From an uncultured Spirochaetaceae bacterium (GTDB lineage Bacteria; Spirochaetota; Spirochaetia; Treponematales; Treponemataceae), in NCBI GenBank assembly GCA_937875245.1, contig CALNCH010000036.1:6093-70092 (forward strand): 64,000 bases of DNA, written 5' to 3'. The position numbers and the translations under genes are program-made. Below the pieces are notes generated by a model, which was given only the letters and a program-made list of their open reading frames with translations, was not told the DNA's origin and made no database searches. This document shows, piece after piece, positions 53,309 to 61,873 of this stretch. The stretch's first letter is position 1, and every line of letters starts with the position of its first letter.

Positions 53309-53921
53309 TTTTTATTGCTTGATTAATTTCTTTATTTAAAATCTTTATATAATTATCAGCATCATTGTAATCATCATACTCAATATTTAAGAACTCTATA
53401 ATTAATTCATTTGGTATTCTAGAGGAATTTCTTTCTAACCTACTAATTATATAGGGTGGTGGATTTAATTTTAACTGCAGAACTAAATAAGCATTGTCTG
53501 TTAAATGATTTTTCATATACTCCATCATAGTTTCATAAAATATACTATGAATTTCTTCTGGGTCATGATCTGGGATAGTATCTAATATATCGAAGTCCTC
53601 TATATCATTTGATATGATGCTATTATAAAATTCACCTTCTTTTTGATAAGCTACTCTTAATACTCGAAGTTTAAATGTTTTAAGAGAATTAATAATAAAA
53701 CCTTTTAATACATCAGGATCTTTATTATCAGCATGTTTCTGGAATACAAATATAAACTTATCATCAAACCAAGATAGAACTATATCAGGTGAAACTCCAT
53801 ATCTCCGGTGATCAATTTGAGAAGCTAATGATCTTCTTAAACCTTTGGTTTCTTTATATAACTTATTGAACAAAACTTCATCATATCCGGTTTTCATTTC
53901 TTCTAAACGGTGTATTTCCAT
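53280..53921 (-). CDS. hypothetical protein, candidate transcription regulator
   Basis: 213 aa. Lone minus-strand gene between the late and replication modules. An early-type -7 box TATATTTG lies 48 nt upstream. There is loose resemblance to sigma-factor region 2/4 spacing, which I could not verify. Confidence 0.6.
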   Translation of the reverse strand: MEIHRLEEMKTGYDEVLFNKLYKETKGLRRSLASQIDHRRYGVSPDIVLSWFDDKFIFVFQKHADNKDPDVLKGFIINSLKTFKLRVLRVAYQKEGEFYNSIISNDIEDFDILDTIPDHDPEEIHSIFYETMMEYMKNHLTDNAYLVLQLKLNPPPYIISRLERNSSRIPNELIIEFLNIEYDDYNDADNYIKILNKEINQAIKNAKEYFRRS

Positions 53922-53955
53922 GTTACTTGAGTTTACTATTAAATTATGTATTATT

Positions 53956-53992
53956 TATTTTTGTTTGACAAATATATATATAATATTATAAT
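53956..53992 (+). promoter_or_regulatory. candidate promoter(s) for the replication module
   Basis: TATTTTTG (TAnnTTTG) at 53956-53963, overlapping TTGACA (53965-53970), N16, then TATAAT (53987-53992). The background is AT-rich, so this could be a chance match. Confidence 0.4.
53969..53976 (-). promoter_or_regulatory. -7 box TATATTTG for the minus-strand gene (copy 14)
   Basis: The minus strand reads TATATTTGTCAAACAAAAATAAATAATACATAA...ATG. It has the same octamer and the same kind of A/T leader as the early cassettes. Confidence 0.5.
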
Positions 53993-54057
53993 TAATAACC
54001 CTAGTAATTAAAAAATTTTCAAATACTATTATATATGTATAAAAATCATATAATAAC

Positions 54058-55506
54058 ATGTTAAAACCAGAAAACAGATTTAAGTTCACAACTGAATACC
54101 AATGGGATTTATTAAGGTATACAGTACAGGATAAAAATGGGGAGAATGCATTAAAGAAATATGATGATGATTATTTCACTTTAATAGAACATCAGGTTTT
54201 AGCCCATGCAATAAAAACATTCTACAAAAAACAAAGGAGAATACCCGGAGAAACTATTTTAAGGGAAAATGTCTCTACATTATTAACATCTAAACAATAT
54301 TTAAACCTTGTAACCAAGGATGAACAAAGTACAATAATTGGGTTAATTAAAAATTTATACCATGTACCAGTAAAGGATGGTGATATAATATATGAGAATT
54401 GTAAAGAGTTTAGAAGGTATGTATTAGTAAGAAATCTACTTACAAATTTCGACTTAAACAATTACTCGGCTTATGAACAATTTTCAAAACAAATAGGAGT
54501 AGCATTGGCTGATGAAGATAAAATGCAAAACTATGAAAAAGCCTTCTTATTAGAAAACATTAAAGAACGTCAATTCAGAAGACAGGATAGGAAAACAATA
54601 TTTCCAACACCTTTCAAACAAATAAACTACTTAACCAATGCCGGTGGATATGAAGCTGGTTCTATTCTAGTTGTATTAGATAAACAGAAAAAGGGTAAAA
54701 CTACAATGTTAGCCAATGCGGCTAGGGGGTATCTTAGAATGGGACTTAAAGTTGTCATAGTCGATTTAGAAAATGGTGATGATAATATCTTTGCCAGATT
54801 AGAACAATCCATTATGGACATAGATAAGAAAACATTATTATCTGGTGATAAGGATACCGAGATACAAAGGAGGTTTAGAAAATACAAAAGGATTGGTGGA
54901 GAAGTAGTGGTATTAAGGAGGCCAGCGTTGGTAACAGATACTAATGATATTCAAAATGATCTGGATATATTGTATAGAGATTTCGGATTTAGAGCAGATA
55001 TATTAATTATAGATTATGCTGCTAAAATGAAATCTTCAACATACGGTGGAGATGAAGATAGAACAAGGATATCAAACGTATATTTGGAATTAGGGAACTT
55101 AGCTTTAAAAAATGATATCCTTCATATATGGACTGCTAATCACGTTACAAGGGAAGCTGCTAAGATAAGACAGAAAACTAAATACGTCGGAGAGGATATT
55201 GCAAACTGTGTTGATATAGTAAGACATGCTCAGGCAATCTTCGGATTAAATAGATCAGAACCTGAAGAAGAAGCGGGATTCTTTAGAATGGAGATAGTAG
55301 AACAACGTGATGGACAACCAGACGGTAGAGCAGTATTTAAGGCTAATTTAAATACCCAAAGGGTTAATGAGTTAACTACAACTGAAAGGCATACTTATGA
55401 TACAGAATTTTATAAACCTTTCGTAGAACAACAGAATGAGTCTAATAATGTAGTATCTAAGAAAGAACGTAAAGATAGAAAAGATGATTTCAGGGACGCA
55501 TCTTAA
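54058..55506 (+). CDS. replicative DNA helicase (DnaB / T7 gp4 helicase-domain family)
   Basis: 482 aa. Walker A VLDKQKKGKTT; Walker B ILIIDYAAKM; RecA-type C-terminal domain. Adjacent to the primase. Confidence 0.75.
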   Translation: MLKPENRFKFTTEYQWDLLRYTVQDKNGENALKKYDDDYFTLIEHQVLAHAIKTFYKKQRRIPGETILRENVSTLLTSKQYLNLVTKDEQSTIIGLIKNLYHVPVKDGDIIYENCKEFRRYVLVRNLLTNFDLNNYSAYEQFSKQIGVALADEDKMQNYEKAFLLENIKERQFRRQDRKTIFPTPFKQINYLTNAGGYEAGSILVVLDKQKKGKTTMLANAARGYLRMGLKVVIVDLENGDDNIFARLEQSIMDIDKKTLLSGDKDTEIQRRFRKYKRIGGEVVVLRRPALVTDTNDIQNDLDILYRDFGFRADILIIDYAAKMKSSTYGGDEDRTRISNVYLELGNLALKNDILHIWTANHVTREAAKIRQKTKYVGEDIANCVDIVRHAQAIFGLNRSEPEEEAGFFRMEIVEQRDGQPDGRAVFKANLNTQRVNELTTTERHTYDTEFYKPFVEQQNESNNVVSKKERKDRKDDFRDAS

Positions 55507-56422
55507 ACGGAAATTATACCAGTACTTCACACAAAGAGCTGGATTACAGAAATACCGAAGAGGTTGGTTAAAAGGTGATTGCCCATCATGTGGAGAAAAC
55601 AAATGGGGAGTCAATCTAACGTTAATGAGAACCAATTGTTTCAGATGTAAATATAATGACAAACCAATAGATGCTATAATGCTATTAGAAAACCTTGTTA
55701 CTAATAATGAGGTTTTTAAAGTGTTAAAGGCCTTTGAGGGAATTGATTTTTATGAAGAGGCAGTTGAATTATACCAATTAAAAGAAAATGTTACATTACC
55801 AGAAGGTTACAAGAATATAAGTAGAGGGGACTCACTATTAGCATGTTCTGCAAGAAACTATTTAATTAAAAGAGGATTTGATATCAAAGAATTAGCTAAG
55901 GCTGGTTGGGGATATTGTAACAAAGACAAATACTTTGGATATATCATAATGCCTTTTTATAGGAATGGTAGATTGGTATATTTCAATGCAAGGAGATTTC
56001 TAGGAGATGGGCCACGTTTTAATAACCCTTTAGTAGAAGATTTTGGATTAGGTAAAAGTATGTTAATGTATAACTCTGATGCTCTACTAATGTATGATAG
56101 AGTATTTATAGTTGAAGGATTAATGAATGCCAGAACCATCGGGGATAATGCAGTATCTATGGGTGGTAAGAAAGTATCAAATTACCAAATAAACCTTTTA
56201 ATAAAAGCCCCTGTAAAAAAATACATTATAGGATTTGATCACGATGGATATGAGGATGCCTTAGAATTAGCTATAAAATTAGAACCTTTTAAAAGAGTAA
56301 AGATTATGCCTTTCAAGGATTCCAGAGATATAAATGACTTAGGTAGGAAGAAATCTTTATTGATTACAGCAAAACAAAGATATTTGAATTACAACGAATT
56401 AATATTATTGAAAAATGGATAA
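55484..56422 (+). CDS. DNA primase (zinc finger + TOPRIM)
   Basis: 312 aa. CPSCGENKWGVNLTLMRTNCFRCKY zinc ribbon. TOPRIM motifs FIVEGLMNA and GFDHDG. Confidence 0.75.
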   Translation: MISGTHLKRKLYQYFTQRAGLQKYRRGWLKGDCPSCGENKWGVNLTLMRTNCFRCKYNDKPIDAIMLLENLVTNNEVFKVLKAFEGIDFYEEAVELYQLKENVTLPEGYKNISRGDSLLACSARNYLIKRGFDIKELAKAGWGYCNKDKYFGYIIMPFYRNGRLVYFNARRFLGDGPRFNNPLVEDFGLGKSMLMYNSDALLMYDRVFIVEGLMNARTIGDNAVSMGGKKVSNYQINLLIKAPVKKYIIGFDHDGYEDALELAIKLEPFKRVKIMPFKDSRDINDLGRKKSLLITAKQRYLNYNELILLKNG

Positions 56423-57290
56423 GAGAGAACCCTCAATACACATTACAGAAAGTAAATTAGCCAAGATTTTATTTGAGATCATGGATGTGGAAGGTTCACC
56501 CGTAAATTGGAATTATAAAAAACTGGCTACTGAAATAGTAAAAAAAGCTCAGAAGCATACTTTAAATAACAGAAGCCTTTCTATAAGTAATGATAAATTG
56601 GATAAGAAGGTAAAACAATTAGTGAAAGCTTCTGAGTCTGATGCTATGATGTTATCTAATTTAATCTATCATATTCGTAGAAGTAAAACCAAACTTTACA
56701 CAAAAACTAAAGTAGAACCTGACTCTAAAGAATACGGTGCACTTAAGGAATTAACTGCTATATGTATAGAATTTTGTAATACCTTTGAACTGGAGAAAAA
56801 AGAAGGATTTATGAAGTATTTGAATATAGCAATCCCAAAAATATCATCTTCATTAAATTTCATTGGCAAGTTAGTTAATCTAGCAGAAAAAGTATATTCT
56901 ATAATGGAAGCTGAAAAATTTATACTAGAAGATGAAAATAGCAGCGAAACAAAAGAGATATTTAATATTTATTCTAAACTAATTACAGAACAAAATGGAT
57001 TAGTTATAAATTATGATAAGGACCCAACTATATACAGGCACTTCATAGAAGTTAGAAGGTTAACTGATGAAATGGACATACCATCAGATATTTACATCAA
57101 AGCCCAATTCCACGGATTAATGTGGACTGACTCATATCCTGAACCACAACATCTAGTTGGGGATAAAGCAATGAGTAGGCTAAGTAAGTATATGTATGAA
57201 AATAAAATCAGAGTTAGTACACATAAGACAGCAACAGAAAGCTTTGCAGATAAACTTAAAAAATTAAAAGATGGTAATACAGGTAACTAA
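56415..57290 (+). CDS. hypothetical protein
   Basis: 291-aa ORF overlapping both neighbours in the replication operon. Confidence 0.7.
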   Translation: MDKREPSIHITESKLAKILFEIMDVEGSPVNWNYKKLATEIVKKAQKHTLNNRSLSISNDKLDKKVKQLVKASESDAMMLSNLIYHIRRSKTKLYTKTKVEPDSKEYGALKELTAICIEFCNTFELEKKEGFMKYLNIAIPKISSSLNFIGKLVNLAEKVYSIMEAEKFILEDENSSETKEIFNIYSKLITEQNGLVINYDKDPTIYRHFIEVRRLTDEMDIPSDIYIKAQFHGLMWTDSYPEPQHLVGDKAMSRLSKYMYENKIRVSTHKTATESFADKLKKLKDGNTGN

Positions 57291-58713
57291 TCAGAAATGT
57301 AAACTTGTAGGAGATATCAAAATTATTGAGAGGCTCAAAAAACAGTTTAACATTAAAAACCCAAATGCTTTTCACATTCGAAGGAGAGGAAATATTGGAG
57401 ACAACTGGGATGGTAAAATCAATTACATTACAAATGCAGATTTCTTTAAGACTGGCCTATTACCTCAGGTAGTAGATTTCATAGAGAAAGTACTAAAGAA
57501 AAAGGTAGTATTAGAAGATTATAGGAAAGAGTGGGATATTAAACCCAAGAAAATAAGATATGTAGGGGAGCATACCTTAAAAGGCGATAGACAATATCAG
57601 GCTGATGCAATCCATTCTGTAACACATAACAAAGTAGGAGATATTAATTTTCCTATCGGTGCTATCAATGCTGCAACTAATGCTGGTAAGACAACTATCA
57701 TGGCCGGTATTCATGAAGCATACAGGAGAAAGATACCTACATTAGTATTACTTAATGATGGTGACTTATTCGAACAGTTTAAAAGGGAGATGCCAATGTT
57801 ATTAAGAGATGAAGATATTGGCTTCATAAGGGGAAAGAAAGATAACCATTGGGGTAATATCACTATTGCTATGGTTCAAACTTTAACATCAGGAGATAAC
57901 TTAAGACAGTTTAGGAAAAAGATAGAGTCAGTTGGTATCTTATTAGTTGATGAGGGAGATTTAGCGGATAACAATTCTTATAAAAGCGTTATCAATATAG
58001 CAATCAATGCCGCAGTGAGAGTAGCACTATCCGGTTCTATATTCTTAAGTAAACTAAAAAAGGATTTACCCAAAAATCAAAACATACACTGTATATTCGG
58101 TAATGAAGTATTCAGGATAACAAAAGCTGAGATGGTAGAATTGGGACATTCAACTCCAATTATAGTAAACATCCATAGAGGTTCTAATAAACCTGGTATG
58201 AAAGGTGATTTCAAAGGAGAATATGACTCAGGTATAATGTACAATGAGGATAGAGCTTTAGAATGTGTTAGAAGATTAAAGTTTCAAGCCAAATTAAAAA
58301 GATTACCTGCATTGGTAGTTTGTCAATTCCATGATCACATTGATTTAATGTATAAGATATTCCAAAGTGAACTAGGTCACAAATATAAAATAGAAATGGT
58401 ACATGGGGATACTAAGAACAGAAAAGATATATTTGAAAGGTATAGAGTTGGTAAAGTAGATATCCTTATTTCATCATTTATTGTAAAGAGAGGTAAGAAT
58501 ATGCCTTTAGTGAGATATATTCAAAATGCAGCAGGCTCTGACTCACAAGAAACAATTTGGCAAATAATGGGTAGGGGTGAAAGAAAGGATCAATCTAAGA
58601 AAAAGGTATACATGGATGATTTTATGGATGAGGGAGTTTATCTAATGAGACACTCAAAACATCGCATAAGATACTACAAGGAGTCCGGTATGAAGGTAAT
58701 AATGAAATGTTAA
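57271..58713 (+). CDS. superfamily 2 DNA helicase (DEAD/DExH-like)
   Basis: 480 aa. Motif I NAATNAGKTT; motif II LLVDEGD; motif III ALSGS; motif VI QIMGRGER. Confidence 0.8.
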   Translation: MVIQVTNQKCKLVGDIKIIERLKKQFNIKNPNAFHIRRRGNIGDNWDGKINYITNADFFKTGLLPQVVDFIEKVLKKKVVLEDYRKEWDIKPKKIRYVGEHTLKGDRQYQADAIHSVTHNKVGDINFPIGAINAATNAGKTTIMAGIHEAYRRKIPTLVLLNDGDLFEQFKREMPMLLRDEDIGFIRGKKDNHWGNITIAMVQTLTSGDNLRQFRKKIESVGILLVDEGDLADNNSYKSVINIAINAAVRVALSGSIFLSKLKKDLPKNQNIHCIFGNEVFRITKAEMVELGHSTPIIVNIHRGSNKPGMKGDFKGEYDSGIMYNEDRALECVRRLKFQAKLKRLPALVVCQFHDHIDLMYKIFQSELGHKYKIEMVHGDTKNRKDIFERYRVGKVDILISSFIVKRGKNMPLVRYIQNAAGSDSQETIWQIMGRGERKDQSKKKVYMDDFMDEGVYLMRHSKHRIRYYKESGMKVIMKC

Positions 58714-58746
58714 TCTGAGTACTATTAATACAAAATACTAATTGAA

Positions 58747-59151
58747 ATGGCAAAACGAGAAGCAAAGAAAAAAAGTAGAATTAAAGAAGAGGAATTTCTA
58801 AAACCAATAGACATCACTAAATTCGGTACAGATGATGATCCATGTTTTGGTAAACATTATAACTTAGCAGAATCAGAATGTAGAAGATGTGGGGATCAAT
58901 CTTTATGTGCTATAGTATTCGGTCAGAAATTACACTTAGAAAGGGGTAAGATTGAAAAAGATAGTAAATTTAAAGATTTAGAAATTGATAAACTAGACAA
59001 GAAAAAACCTACAGAAAATAAAGCTTTAGAGAAATGGGTTAAAACTAAAATGAAAGAAGGTTTAACACGATCTGAAATTATCACTAAAGCTAAATCAACC
59101 TATGGTAGTACCAGGGATGAAATCAAAGAAATATACAAAAAGCTTAAATAA
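58747..59151 (+). CDS. Lys-rich Cys-cluster protein
   Basis: 134 aa. CFGKHYNLAESECRRCGDQSLC. Confidence 0.65.
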   Translation: MAKREAKKKSRIKEEEFLKPIDITKFGTDDDPCFGKHYNLAESECRRCGDQSLCAIVFGQKLHLERGKIEKDSKFKDLEIDKLDKKKPTENKALEKWVKTKMKEGLTRSEIITKAKSTYGSTRDEIKEIYKKLK

Positions 59152-59771
59152 TGGACACAGTTACAGAAAGATTTAATAACGCTGGAAAGAATAGGCCTAT
59201 CATAAAGGACTATTCCGAGTTTATAGACCATTGTGATACTCTAAACAATAACATTGTTAATTATTATGAAAAGGTAATAGTAATGATAGAGTCTCAAAAA
59301 CTAACCGAAGAGATAATCCAAAAACATGATGAACAAATAAACCTACTATATGGAAATGCTTTTATATTATTAGGGTATATGGGTATTACAGAAGAAGATT
59401 TGGATATCACTGCAGATAAATACGTAACATCAATAGGACTGGCAGACTCAGCCCATTATATGGAAAGAGGATTTATCTTTGAAAGATTAAAACGTATAGC
59501 AGTAAAAGAGTTGATAAGCTTTGGATTAATACCAAACCCAAACTATCAAAAGTTCTTTGGTAATAGAACTATATTTTATAGTGATGCATACAGAGCCTGG
59601 ATAAAAGGTGAAATCTTAGATGTATTCACTAACATACAATATATCAGACAAAGTTTATTCCAGGAAAAAGATGAGGATCTATTGGGATTTGTTTTTGGGC
59701 TAATGATAACAATCAATATTTTATTAACAACAACAGAAACAAAGTTAGAGATACCATGGTCAGATATTTAG
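59151..59771 (+). CDS. hypothetical protein
   Basis: 206-aa ORF, first of four mutually overlapping genes leading into polA. Confidence 0.65.
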   Translation: MDTVTERFNNAGKNRPIIKDYSEFIDHCDTLNNNIVNYYEKVIVMIESQKLTEEIIQKHDEQINLLYGNAFILLGYMGITEEDLDITADKYVTSIGLADSAHYMERGFIFERLKRIAVKELISFGLIPNPNYQKFFGNRTIFYSDAYRAWIKGEILDVFTNIQYIRQSLFQEKDEDLLGFVFGLMITINILLTTTETKLEIPWSDI

Positions 59772-60622
59772 AGTTCGGAAACTCACAAGAAGCTTGGGAA
59801 GGTTTAAATGAATACTTCTTAAACAATGAAGAAGAGATATTAAGTAAAGGCTGCAGAAATGGCAGTCAACTTATTGCTTTCGATAATTTCATTAAAATAC
59901 GTAAAGCCTGGGTATTACCAGAAATGGATTTCGGAAACACATTTGGTTACAGATTACAGAAATGGACTGGATTAATAAATAACTACGTAAATCTTAATTA
60001 CCTAGATATCCTTAAATCACAAATCTTAGCTAAAGAAGGAGGTAGAAATCCAAATTACAATATATCAATGCAATTTGATAACAGTCATGGGCATGGTAAG
60101 AATTGCTTATTATCTCTAACATTCAGTAGAACACAAGAAACTGATATACCAATCGCTACATTCCATCTTAGATCATCTGAGATAACTAAAAGGCTCTTAT
60201 TGGATTTATTATTGGTACAACGTATAGCAGAATATATATATGGTGAAGATCAACACATAATGATAAAGATGTTATGTACTAATGTTTATCAAAGTGCTGA
60301 ATCATTCTGTATGTATGATATCTATAAACCCTTGAAAAGTGTATTAGAGGTAAAAGGTAAGAAAATGACTAACTGGCAAGAAAGGGTTTTAAGGATTACA
60401 GAAGAGTTTAAAACAATTGATCCTAAAAAAGTAACCTATAAAGTATTCCTTAGATCAGTTAATCAACTACAAGGACTTAAGGGTGACAAGCCAATGTATG
60501 CAAAAGATCTTCTACTATTTAAGAATGATATAGATTACCCAGAAGATTGCATAACAATAGCACAACGAAAAAAATATAAAAGAGCCTATAACAAAAAATT
60601 AAAGAAAGATGGTAAGATATAA
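59756..60622 (+). CDS. thymidylate synthase superfamily protein (divergent paralogue A)
   Basis: 288 aa. KNCLLSLTFSR...ATFHLRSSEITKRLLLDLLLVQRIAEYI lines up with the ThyA core PCHAFFQFY...[27 protein letters not shown]. The Cys and RS.(D/E) elements are retained. Confidence 0.5.
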   Translation: MVRYLEFGNSQEAWEGLNEYFLNNEEEILSKGCRNGSQLIAFDNFIKIRKAWVLPEMDFGNTFGYRLQKWTGLINNYVNLNYLDILKSQILAKEGGRNPNYNISMQFDNSHGHGKNCLLSLTFSRTQETDIPIATFHLRSSEITKRLLLDLLLVQRIAEYIYGEDQHIMIKMLCTNVYQSAESFCMYDIYKPLKSVLEVKGKKMTNWQERVLRITEEFKTIDPKKVTYKVFLRSVNQLQGLKGDKPMYAKDLLLFKNDIDYPEDCITIAQRKKYKRAYNKKLKKDGKI

Positions 60623-61463
60623 TGAAACCAAACCTAAGTTCTTAGGATTAAAAGATACTATAGCAGAAACAGTAAAATTATTTGAAGATAACTTTAAAGC
60701 TGAACCCATAAATGATTGGCAAGGTAATGAGGACTTTAATAACTTTACTATGGGTGTTATAAGAGACATTACATTAAAATTTAGTCCGGGATTTTATGCT
60801 AATGACCTAAACCAATTGGCATTAGTATGTGGGGCAGATATACCTTGGGCTGATGACCATTTCCAAGAACGTATATCAGGAACACCAACAAATCCTGGCG
60901 ACACTTATAAAAACTGGCCTTACCATTCAAACCTTGACAATAGTAATTACAAGGATGAAAAATTCTCTCATACATATCAGGAAAGGTTTTGGCCTAAAAT
61001 GGCTGGTAATGAGAATATACCACCAGGTTTTACAGTAGACCCAAATCACGGTATCCGTTATCAATATGGGGATTTAAATGATCTAATATCACAATTAGAA
61101 GATAAAATCCTAACACGACAAGCTTACTTACCAATCTGGTTTCCAGAAGATACTGGGGCTAAAGGACGTAGAGTACCTTGTACTCTTGGATACTATTTTT
61201 ATATAAAACCAGAAGATTTAAGTATTCATCTAATATACACCATTAGAAGTTGTGATCTTTACCGACACTTCAGAAATGATATTTATTTAACAACTAGATT
61301 ACTTATACATATCTATGATATATTAAAAACTAGCCATCCTAACCTACAATTAGGCACAGTTAAAATGGATATCTATAATCTTCATCGTTTTTCTAATGAC
61401 AAATACATGTTTGACAAAAAAGAAAAAAAGATAAAACTATGGCAAAACAATTTAATAGAATAA
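60609..61463 (+). CDS. thymidylate synthase superfamily protein (paralogue B; dNMP C5-methyl/hydroxymethyl-transferase type)
   Basis: 284 aa. RQAYLPIWFPED...RVPCTLGYYFYI...LIYTIRSCDLYRHFRNDIYLTTRLLIHI lines up with ThyA RRIIVSAWN...APCHAFFQFYV...[25 protein letters not shown]. The N-terminal half is unlike canonical ThyA. Confidence 0.6.
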   Translation: MVRYNETKPKFLGLKDTIAETVKLFEDNFKAEPINDWQGNEDFNNFTMGVIRDITLKFSPGFYANDLNQLALVCGADIPWADDHFQERISGTPTNPGDTYKNWPYHSNLDNSNYKDEKFSHTYQERFWPKMAGNENIPPGFTVDPNHGIRYQYGDLNDLISQLEDKILTRQAYLPIWFPEDTGAKGRRVPCTLGYYFYIKPEDLSIHLIYTIRSCDLYRHFRNDIYLTTRLLIHIYDILKTSHPNLQLGTVKMDIYNLHRFSNDKYMFDKKEKKIKLWQNNLIE

Positions 61464-61873
61464 CTAGAGAACAAATGTTTATAGATATTGCCAAAACTAT
61501 TGCTAAACGGTCTACTTGCACAAGAAAACAAGTAGGCTGTGTTTTAGTAATAGATGGTAGAATAGTGGCCACAGGCTATAATGGAGTATTACCCGGAATA
61601 CCAGATGAAAATGGGATAGATGCCAATGGTAATTCAAGGACTGTACATGCAGAAGCTAATGCTATTGCCTTCTGTGCTAGAAAAGGAATATCAACAGAAA
61701 ATTGTATATTATATTGTACTTTACAACCTTGTGAAAAATGTGCCGAGCTAATCATTCAAGCTGGAATAGATGAAGTATACTATTTAGATGAGTACAGAGA
61801 TACAACCGGATTACAGGTTTTAAAACTAAGTAACGTAAAAACAGAAAAGATATGGGAAGCGTCTACAGAATAA
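61439..61873 (+). CDS. dCMP deaminase (zinc-dependent cytidine/deoxycytidylate deaminase fold)
   Basis: 144 aa. CTRKQVGCVLV..GRIVATGYNG; HAEANAI; LQPCEKCAELI (HAE...PCxxC). Confidence 0.88.
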   Translation: MAKQFNRITREQMFIDIAKTIAKRSTCTRKQVGCVLVIDGRIVATGYNGVLPGIPDENGIDANGNSRTVHAEANAIAFCARKGISTENCILYCTLQPCEKCAELIIQAGIDEVYYLDEYRDTTGLQVLKLSNVKTEKIWEASTE

